In this document: positions 58,860 to 64,000 of the stretch, in pieces | How positions within the stretch are numbered: the first letter of the stretch is position 1 | Layout: each line of letters opens with the position of its first letter | From: Paraspadella gotoi | Taxonomy: Eukaryota; Animalia; Chaetognatha | DNA length: 64,000 nucleotides | NCBI GenBank assembly: GCA_051294375.1 | Contig: CM119264.1 | Coordinates: forward strand, 19,785,590 to 19,849,589 | Reading direction: 5' to 3' | Position numbers and translations under genes: made by a program | The notes under the pieces: model-generated | What the model was told of the DNA's origin: nothing | What the model saw: only the letters and a program-made list of their open reading frames with translations | Database searches by the model: none

Positions 58860-60176
58860 TAACCGGCCTCCTTCGCGACCGCTAAACATAATGACCACCG
58901 AGGGTTGACCCCGTGGCTACGAAACCTTCGTAGCCACACCACTATCCTTTTCTCAAACCTTTGTTGGAAACTCTCCCCCTCTCTCTTCTCCCTCACAAAC
59001 TTAATGTTTGAAAAAACTGAAAGCTTACTGATTTAAACACTGATGAAGACTCGAATCCTATAGACATGACCGATTTTATTCAATAAAATTCATTTGTTGT
59101 TATCATTCGAAATTTTCGATTTTTCCTAGAAATCTTAATAAATGGGTAACACAAAATATACTACTTTGTATGCTTTAAAACTTTTTAAAGGTTTTGTTTT
59201 AATTCATTTATTAATACTGTGACTAATGCTTAAGTATTTCTTCAATTGGCTGTCAGGGGTTTTAATTAAATTGTATTTAATTTTATTTTAAAGAGTATAA
59301 AAATTGCTAGATGTTCATTTTTTTTCTCAAATTTTAAGAAGTTTTTAATCATTAGAAAGAAAATGGAAAATCAAATCGATGAAGTTTTAAATTTGACCTA
59401 TAATGAGTCGCTAAATAAAGAAGTCTCTTTCAGAAACTGACTCATCGTAGAAAATGCCAAACCGAGACATTCAAAACCGACTATCATTGAACTATTTAAG
59501 AGTTTATGGTTGCATAGATACGCTGTCACAAAATGTCACAATTGAAAAAAAATCATACTGTATATAGTGTATAATGTGATTAACCGATTACCGCTAAATA
59601 ACCGTGGGCAGATCCGGCAGAGTTTGCTCAAACTTGTTTTCTATAAAATTAATTTTTATAGAGCAGAACACCAACAACTTCCTTACCCCTTAATACCTCA
59701 CTGCCTCTAACCTACCTTTTAATCTAAACTGGCAACCACCCAACAATGCTGGCCTACTAATATAACCAATCTCGGCTTATACATCATTGTTCACTTCGCC
59801 TTTAAACTGACTCCCCAGTGGACTCGAAGTTATGTGATAAATAAAATTAATATAAGTTATAACTGAAAGTATTTATTTTCTTTTGCAGATTTGGAAAACC
59901 AACCCAGCTTTCCTTCAAAAAAACTTGAGGATCAAACTGTGTCTCCACGAACAGATGTAGAACTTTCTTGCGAGATTCCAGATGATGGGCTAGTTGACGT
60001 CCAGTGGTATAAAGATGGGGTTCTAGTCAACCTATCGGATGAAAAATATGAAGCAAAAGTAATAGGAAATAAAAGAATTTTAATTGTAAAAAAAGCTGAT
60101 AAACAAGATCAAGGAACATTTACTTGTGAGACTCCAAAGTTCAAATCATCTGCAAAGTTAGAAGTAACATCAGAAA
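2160..60176 (+). CDS. Multi-exon gene (partial, extends beyond the window) for a poly-Ig I-set giant protein, titin/obscurin/twitchin-like
   Basis: About 16 AG/GT-bounded exons encode successive Ig I-set motifs (PP.F, GxPxP, W.KDG, L.I, DxGxY/FxC). Exons from 14548 to 60176 join with matching intron phases (1-2, 2-0, 0-1, 1-2, 2-1, then 1-1 four times). Confidence 0.85.
4522..4647 (+). CDS. Ig exon, C-terminal half (frameshifted consensus)
   Basis: Across frames reads ..KNTTEVDAG.YKV..ND.GYSDSVGRIAVF, followed by a gtaag donor. Confidence 0.5.
7041..7162 (+). CDS. Ig exon, N-terminal half (frameshifted consensus)
   Basis: tttttaacag acceptor; PPMF...LE....TFTFEVKV.GIPSPDITW; GT donor. Confidence 0.65.
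7402..7523 (+). CDS. Ig exon, middle part (frameshifted consensus)
   Basis: ttttttatag acceptor; DDKPVKRPKK...LHKMNITK..EKDAGKYR; gtacg donor. Confidence 0.6.
8001..8493 (+). CDS. Ig exon(s) spanning about 1.5 domains (heavily frameshifted)
   Basis: ttttttag acceptor; fragments C.AT.SVGKA, PPEY..KDIV.KEGESLSLSLEVFGM, LTISKA..DDG.FKVIV, MPKITESHKDV, FHCVIDG; gtaag donor. May hide a small intron. Confidence 0.55.
8560..10745. mobile_element. Foldback-like element with long (>300 bp) imperfect inverted repeats
   Basis: 8560-8900 is the reverse complement of ~10430-10745 (e.g. gcccgagccagggtgtt / aacaccctggctcgggc). Confidence 0.65.
11003..11042 (-). ncRNA. Hammerhead motif (intact core, weak stem I) in a pLTR fragment
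   Basis: CTGATGA-A-GGCTT..GAGCC-GAAA-CATGTC. Confidence 0.7.
11960..12127 (+). repeat. Degenerate TTAGG/TTAGGG tract
   Basis: Many TTAGG(G) units with substitutions. Confidence 0.7.
12376..12465 (+). CDS. Ig exon (one frameshift)
   Basis: atcag acceptor; GMPIPKAYW(F)/KDGKQIADQPGKYQTKQDGM; gtaag donor. Confidence 0.75.
12529..12642 (+). CDS. Ig exon, C-terminal half
   Basis: ttttacag acceptor; NYFLTI(E)NVEESDFGNYICRAESEAGLDECQGIISKR after removing two homopolymer bases; gtaag donor. Confidence 0.8.
13321..13552 (-). mobile_element. Solo LTR of TRIM family A
   Basis: Homologous end to end with the 34918 LTRs; 4-bp TSD atat. Confidence 0.88.
14548..14653 (+). CDS. Ig exon, phase 1-2
   Basis: PPEFIKSMVDSEVVSGDTVVFETQVIGTPMPKVN(W); AG acceptor, GTAAG donor. 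Confidence 0.9.
17970..18923. mobile_element. TA-targeting MITE (CCATGATGGAAAAAAAA TIR family), spans the N gap
   Basis: TIRs, TA duplication inside the Penelope GTC TAT TGG codons; same family as 37114-40089 and 60298-61193. Confidence 0.75.
18267..18291. other. Assembly gap (25 N)
   Basis: N run; the flanks overlap in sequence. Confidence 0.99.
19432..19473 (+). ncRNA. Hammerhead motif with C3 to A core change (inverted pLTR)
   Basis: AACG-ATGAAGA-A-GGCTT gtatgt AAGCC-GAAA-CATGTA-CGTT; degenerate minus-strand partner at ~15000-15038. Confidence 0.65.
19966..22590 (+). mobile_element. HINE-like family 2 element carrying tandem repeats
   Basis: subTIR ATCGAGCC / GGCTCGAT, (GTC)n microsatellite near the 5' end, 3' hairpin CTTATGCTTTTAAG. 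Confidence 0.55.
22335..24478. repeat. 22-bp minisatellite arrays ATCATCGCATCAAT(GAATGACT/ATTTGGTT) at 22335-22560 (+), 23720-24066 (-), 24228-24478 (+)
   Basis: Direct inspection. Confidence 0.9.
27249..27336 (+). CDS. Ig exon, phase 2-0
   Basis: Completes the TG|G Trp codon; LMNGNHLQEMVEKVKMENLGNGIHRLTIM. Confidence 0.88.
27888..27931 (-). ncRNA. Hammerhead motif in a short pLTR insertion (27833-28135)
   Basis: CTGATGA-A-GGCTT..AAACC-GAAA-TATGTC; insertion flanked by 12-bp direct repeat aagggtagtact. Confidence 0.68.
28317..28593 (-). mobile_element. Probable solo LTR or SINE-like repeat with tRNA-iMet-like core; split homologue at ~2690-2817 plus ~3987-4140
   Basis: Termini TGGATAAGG...CCTTATTCCA; blocks cagccatggaacgggtc and ttggggatcgatcc shared between the copies. 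Confidence 0.5.
29761..29851 (+). CDS. Ig exon, phase 0-1
   Basis: NVSCQEIGTIQCCASNIDGEAKNSGSLDVK; AG/GT bounded. Confidence 0.88.
30917..32578. mobile_element. TIR element with nested HINE copies
   Basis: TIR CCCGTGTCCGTTCGCGA.TGACACCAAAAA at both ends, TA flanks. Confidence 0.7.
32657..32696 (-). ncRNA. Hammerhead motif in a pLTR fragment
   Basis: CTGATGA-A-GGCTT..AAGCC-GAAA-CTTGTC. Confidence 0.7.
33679..33919 (+). CDS. Linker exon (K/S/E/T-rich, non-Ig), phase 1-2
   Basis: ttcatcag acceptor, gtatg donor, open frame GEAEMAFTEKK...DIHSVK(R); phases match both neighbours. Confidence 0.8.
34918..35511 (-). mobile_element. TRIM (family A) with tRNA-like sequence in its LTRs
   Basis: LTRs 34918-35150 and 35288-35511; 137-bp interior with PBS TGGTGAGCCTGAC (35274-35286) and PPT (35151-35165); flanks tatg/catg. 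Confidence 0.88.
36314..36554 (+). mobile_element. Solo LTR (TGTGGC...GCCATA)
   Basis: 4-bp TSD acgt; interrupts the Gypsy integrase remnant; same termini as family B. Confidence 0.75.
37114..40089. mobile_element. Same MITE family, hosting a Gypsy insertion
   Basis: TIRs at both ends; body homologous (inverted) to 60298-61193, interrupted at 37859-39925. Confidence 0.78.
37859..39925 (-). mobile_element. Internally deleted Ty3/Gypsy element (5' LTR, PBS, gag, protease and RT fragments, 71-bp remnant of the 3' LTR)
   Basis: LTR 39694-39925 (TG..CA) whose end is repeated at 37859-37929. PBS 39677-39691. Gag-like ORF 38497-39306; ADVATPILGA; RT KAEFEKMLKLGIIRRS..WASPLH..RKPDGSLRLCGDYRRLN. Flanks gaag/gaac. 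Confidence 0.9.
41045..41097 (+). CDS. Short linker exon, phase 2-1
   Basis: ttttag|G GAA AAT...GAA A|gtaag = ENINSHAAKMDSSKKIE; bridges the phases of the flanking exons. Confidence 0.72.
41536..41826 (+). CDS. Tandem Ig cassette exon 1 (291 nt, phase 1-1)
   Basis: VELSCEIP...WYKDG...KYE...GNKRVLVI...DQGKFTCE...LEV; AG acceptor, GTAAG donor. Confidence 0.92.
42188..42906 (-). mobile_element. TRIM (family B) with Pol III A/B-box cassette in its LTRs
   Basis: Near-identical LTRs 42188-42443 and 42653-42906, 209-bp interior, PBS 42641-42650, TSD attc; inserted into a HINE-like repeat. Confidence 0.9.
44473..45061. mobile_element. hAT-type MITE
   Basis: TAAGGCATAGT.../...ATTACGCTCTA, 8-bp TSD ctggacag. 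Confidence 0.82.
48380..49560 (+). mobile_element. HINE-like family 1 copy; further copies or fragments at ~7660, 10826-11815, 19677, 23406, 30100-30890, 31321-32435, 41885-44037, 54300-54500, 59600, 62353-63245
   Basis: Same termini and internal ~120-bp repeated block. Confidence 0.78.
49890..50190. repeat. 18-bp pyrimidine-rich minisatellite TTCTATTCTTTCTTTCCT
   Basis: Direct inspection. Confidence 0.9.
50649..51164. mobile_element. hAT-type MITE
   Basis: TIR TAAGGCGTAGT/ACTACGCCTTA, 8-bp TSD ctacgcag; related copies near 5490-6090, 12740-12951, 13950-14480, 27361-28290, 29170-29677. Confidence 0.85.
51784..52074 (+). CDS. Tandem Ig cassette exon 2 (291 nt, phase 1-1)
   Basis: Paralogous to cassette 1 (57/84 aa identical by hand count); AG acceptor, GTAAG donor. 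Confidence 0.92.
52778..53571 (+). mobile_element. DINE-1/HINE-like non-autonomous Helentron, family 1 (reference copy)
   Basis: 5' subTIR GTCGGATCTGC with adjacent inverted copy, (GTCY)n microsatellite, 3' subTIR GCAGATCCGAC followed by hairpin GTTTG-CT-CAAAC, T-rich flanks, no TSD. Confidence 0.8.
53733..54008 (+). CDS. Tandem Ig cassette exon 3 (276 nt, phase 1-1)
   Basis: Same motif set; aaacag acceptor at 53731-53732, GTAAG donor. Confidence 0.88.
54884..55161 (+). mobile_element. Solo LTR related to 36314
   Basis: TGTGGCGGTAT...GCTGTTGCCATA with 4-bp TSD atat. Confidence 0.7.
55345..55855. mobile_element. Tc1/mariner-type MITE
   Basis: TIR CAGTCCTGTGCAAAAAAA / TTTTTTTGCACAGGATTG flanked by TA. 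Confidence 0.8.
56231..56271 (-). ncRNA. Degenerate hammerhead motif
   Basis: Core and stem II (GACTC/GAGTC) intact, stem III and cleavage triplet altered; the + strand partner at 59040-59070 has lost GAAA. Confidence 0.6.
56725..56768 (-). ncRNA. Minimal type I hammerhead ribozyme
   Basis: Reverse-complement twin of 56886-56929 with one loop difference. Confidence 0.88.
56886..56929 (+). ncRNA. Minimal type I hammerhead ribozyme (Penelope pLTR type)
   Basis: AAACA-CTGATGA-A-GGCTC gaacaa GAGTC-GAAA-CATGTC-TGTTT: stem I, intact core, stem II, palindromic stem III ACATGT, GUC cleavage triplet. Confidence 0.88.
57171..58938 (-). mobile_element. Non-autonomous LTR element (1.77 kb) with low-complexity ORF(s), no pol
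   Basis: LTRs 57171-57398 and 58695-58938 (TG..CA), TSD ccac, PBS 58677-58690, PPT 57399-57411; minus ORFs 58020-58622 and 57316-58023. Confidence 0.9.
59889..60176 (+). CDS. Tandem Ig cassette exon 4 (288 nt, phase 1-1)
   Basis: Same motif set; ttttgcag acceptor, GTAAG donor. Confidence 0.92.
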
Positions 60177-60297
60177 GTAAGTTTTGGCACTGTTGACTGC
60201 ATTACATACATTTATTTTTAAATAGGTTTGAAATTTATTTCCGCCGACATCTTGAAATTAAAAGCATTAACTTCTTTTACCTTGATGCAAGTAATTA

Positions 60298-61193
60298 CCA
60301 TGATGGAAAAAAAATTGTCGCGGTTACTTTCCAGTTTTTTCTCGGTATTTTAATGTAAGAATCGAAAAAAAATTTAAATATCAAGAAACTTTGGCCTCCA
60401 ATGATTCATATGAGCTGTGTCTCATTTATGTATGACAAAAAATACAGGAGTTCCATGCAAAAGAAAATGCGTTGTCCAAAAAAATGCTTCCTTCTTTTTT
60501 ATCTTTTTCATATCTACACTTTTTATTTATACTAATTTCTGGTTCTTTTTTGAGTTTAACCACTACTATTAAAAATCCCTGCCTTTTCTCAGTCTCATGT
60601 CAAATGGTTATTGCATCATCTCCCTTAGGATAGATTCAGGGATAAATCTTAATTCATATGTAAAAAAAGAGCAATATTAAAAATCTATTAATGCTGTAGA
60701 TGTTACAGAATATTATTTTTAAATTGTAAAGTAACCTTTCTGTAAGCAAAGTTATCATTTTTATTTACCTTTGGATGTATTATCAGAATCAAGTAACAAA
60801 CAAGTCAAAAAAAGAGTAAAGATTTTGTTGAAGTGTAAAACAATGAATTTTCACATTATGCAGAAACAACTCAAGCCTGGTTTACTTTATAAGGGATCAA
60901 TCATTTTCACTGCTTGCCAAGGACCATTTTTTACCTTAAATCTGATAAAAAAATATTATGTCAGAGATATAATATTAACAATAATATAAAAAAGAGGTGA
61001 AAACAGTTAGAGACAACCTCTTTTGGAAGTATTTGTATGCATTAAATAATTTTATGCTGTTGAGAAATAATCATTTTATTCAGTCTTAAAAAGGTCATAT
61101 TACTTATTAAAACTTATTTAATAATCAAAAAATATATTTAATAATAAAATTAAATGACCTTTCCAAACCGCGACAATTTTTTTTCCATCATGG
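60298..61193. mobile_element. Intact TA-targeting MITE (Tc1/mariner-like)
   Basis: Perfect 28-bp TIR CCATGATGGAAAAAAAATTGTCGCGGTT flanked by TA on both sides. Confidence 0.85.
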
Positions 61194-62063
61194 TAAAATA
61201 CTTTTAATCATTTTTTTGGGCGTAGAATCCCTTAATATGGCTAGCATGGTATAATGGCAATGGTATAGAGCAAAAGCTAGAAAATTGGCTATATTATCTT
61301 ATAATAAATTATTAAAGGAAATTGTTTTCGCCAATTGTTCTTCTTTCATTCATTTTAATACATAAAGAATATTACTCCTGTTAAACATTATTGCTACTTA
61401 AAAATTGTTATTACAATTTTGGTGACTTTTTCCTGGCGACTTGAGAGCCGACATTTGTCGCTAAATATTATTTTTCCTTTCTCTCTCTTTCTGTCATTCC
61501 TGAAACTGAAAAAGCAAGTAAGCAAGAAATGACAATTCCAATGTGTGGCCCCTCATATACTTTCTTTTAGCGAGTTTGCATATCAAAATGAACAAGTGAT
61601 TAGTGAAATATAAAAAAATGTGTTTTAAAAGTATCATCACAGGAATTACCAAATTGTGAAATCAACCTAAATTGGATCAATAAACCAACCTCTCTCTTGC
61701 TTGTGGAATAGGGTGGAGTGATGAAAAGATTAAGCGAGTTAACAATATTTTTTGCTGCCTCCGCATATGTAATTAAAGAAAATCATGCTTTTTTAAAAAA
61801 AAAAATTTAAGCATAACAGTGAAGAAAATTTTATTTTCTTTGTAATAATATCCTTATAAATCTGTAAAATTTCATATTGATTTTTTTAAAATTTTAATAA
61901 CAGATTCGGATTCGTCAAAAAAATAAAAACACTTTATAAATTATGTTATATGATATTTTAATGTTAAAGCTGCGAAAAACGACAAAAACAGTTTATCATA
62001 TAACCTTCTGAGACGGCAAGCTCTGTAACTCGAGTACAAATGATAATTTGCAAAAGTTTTACA

Positions 62064-62130
62064 GCAGCCAGATTTGAACCTGTAACCTTTTCGTAAGGTT
62101 TAAGTCCGGCGCGCTAAAAGCTCGGCCAAA
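62064..62130 (-). pseudogene. tRNA-derived fragment (SINE-head-like)
   Basis: Minus strand TGGCCGAGC (A box) ... GGTTCAAATC (B box) at tRNA spacing; no full cloverleaf. Confidence 0.45.
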
Positions 62131-62792
62131 TGATTTTCACAAAAATTTGTTCAAATTAAATTATATAAACCACTAGGTTCGCTTTTAATTTTTTTAGGGC
62201 GATACAAAAAAATCATTGATGTTAACAAAATAGCATTTTGTTATATTTAGAAGCCAACTGAATAAGAAACTGTGAACGATTATCAAATAATACGAAGGAA
62301 ACGTAAATAGTTAATCGTTATGATGTCGCCTTTCCTTCTTTATCTTTTTAAAGTCGGATCTGTTTATCAGCACTTTGTTGGTCCGTCGGTCCAACCCCAA
62401 AATCTTGTCGGTAAATCATTTTTATCATATCAGAACATCGAATTATGATAAATTATGCAAAAAAATTAGTCCGTCTGTCTGTCTGTCCGTCCATCCATCC
62501 GTCTGTCCCCCCTTATCATTTAACTCCAATTACTCGTGATTGGATGGATGGATTGGAATGTAATTTTTTTGTGTGGGTGGGAAAGTGTGTGATTGAGCTG
62601 GATATAAAGTTTTGATGGAATCGTGCGAGTAACAATGAGTTTAAATGAAAAAAACAAATTGCATATTTACTTATTAAAAATTGGATAGATAAATTGAAAT
62701 GAAATTTTGTGTGTGGGTAGGAAAGTATGTCATTAAGCTATATATAAATTTTTGATAGAATCGTAGGAGTGGAAAAAAGTTTAAAATATAAA

Positions 62793-63070
62793 ACCAGTTG
62801 ACCAAATTATACCAGTTGACCAAATTATGCCAGGTGACCAAATTACGTCACTTGACCGAATGACCTCATTTGACCAAATTATGCCAGTTGACCACATTTT
62901 GTAAGTTGAAAAAAATATACCAGTTGACCAAATTATGCCAGTTGACCATATAATGCTAATTGACCAAATTATGCCAGATGATAAAATTATGCCAGATGAC
63001 CAAATTATGTCAGTTGATTAAATTATGCAAGTTGATTAAATTATGAAATTTGACCAAATTATGCAAGTTG
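62793..63070. repeat. 18-bp minisatellite GTTGACCAAATTATGCCA inside a HINE-like copy
   Basis: About 15 degenerate units. Confidence 0.9.
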
Positions 63071-63763
63071 GTTTTGGTACAGCTACTGGTAATGATTGAT
63101 AGATCAATTGCTTTATAGATTTTTTCATAGATTTATTAAGAACTCTGTTATGATTTGTATAATCACAAATTGTCAGAAAAATTACCATGATTTATCATTG
63201 GCTTAGCTTATTATCACTTAATTATCGTAAGCAGATCCGTCATTGTTAGACATTTTGAGTTAGGTCATGTTATTGCTATCATGTATATTTTGAAACAGTT
63301 TGGACTACAACTTCTGTACCATAAACATTGATATCTTTTATTTTAGAGTAGATATAAGATTCTCAATGAGCATAGGACAGTTCAATTTTTTCATGATTTT
63401 TAAAAAAGCAAAATTCAAACTTTTTTTAAAAAAGATTTAATATTTTTTTATTTAAATTAATGTTTATACTTTTATAAATAAAACAAAGCTCACATGAATG
63501 TATGAAGATAAAAAAAATGAATTGGAATGATAAAAGTATAAAAAGTAAAGAGTTTAGAGAAAATGTAAATAAGAAATGAGAAATAAAAAAAAGAAATAGA
63601 TAGAGAGAGAGAAAAATTGAAAAATATAGAGGGATAGAGAATAATAAAGATAAGAGTCGTTGTTGTTTTTATGTTTATAATTATTATTATTATTATTATT
63701 GTTATTGTTATTTAGAAAAAAGTTTTGAAGATAGATTTAACAACGATTTTTATTTCATAGTGA

Positions 63764-63805
63764 AACGGACATGTTTCGACTCACATACGAGTCTTCTTCA
63801 GCGCC
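63764..63805 (-). ncRNA. Minimal type I hammerhead ribozyme in a pLTR running off the window end
   Basis: GGCG-CTGAAGA-A-GACTC gtatgt GAGTC-GAAA-CATGTC-CGTT. Confidence 0.85.
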
Positions 63806-64000
63806 AATTCAATTTGTGAATTTGAAGAGAATTTTGTGCATAAAGAAAGAGAGAGAGGGAGAGAGACAGAGCAAAGTATCCAAAACAGAGTTTGAGAGAA
63901 AGGATATTGTTCAGTTTTTTATTATTAGGGACAGGTGAAGGTGAGGACAGAGATAGTTTGTGAAAAGAAATTGAAATGGAGAGAGAGAGAGAGAGAGACA

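Noticed and set aside
41536-60176. Assigning a gene symbol (titin, unc-89, unc-22, Dscam)
   Set aside because: No kinase, Fn3, RhoGEF, signal peptide or TM segment is visible in the window, so the family cannot be fixed from Ig domains alone.

Overview
Very AT-rich invertebrate-type eukaryotic DNA lying inside one large + strand gene for a multi-Ig (I-set) muscle-type giant protein (titin/obscurin/twitchin-like; family not resolvable here). About 16 small exons can be reconstructed. From 14548 onward they splice in frame and end in four tandem-duplicated, phase 1-1, one-domain-per-exon Ig cassettes. Exons before ~13 kb are frameshifted, probably by consensus errors; there is also an N gap and a suspicious duplication. 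The introns are packed with nested mobile DNA: a Penelope-like element and about 10 minimal hammerhead ribozyme motifs, Ty3/Gypsy remnants, small LTR elements and solo LTRs, DINE-1/HINE-like Helentron derivatives, hAT and Tc1/mariner MITEs, and minisatellites. The most unusual signal is a group of LTR elements that share a variant, split tRNA-Trp primer-binding site, several of which also carry tRNA-like Pol III cassettes and terminal hairpins in their LTRs. All calls were made by eye; tRNA comparisons use metazoan tRNA sequences recalled from memory and no searches were run.
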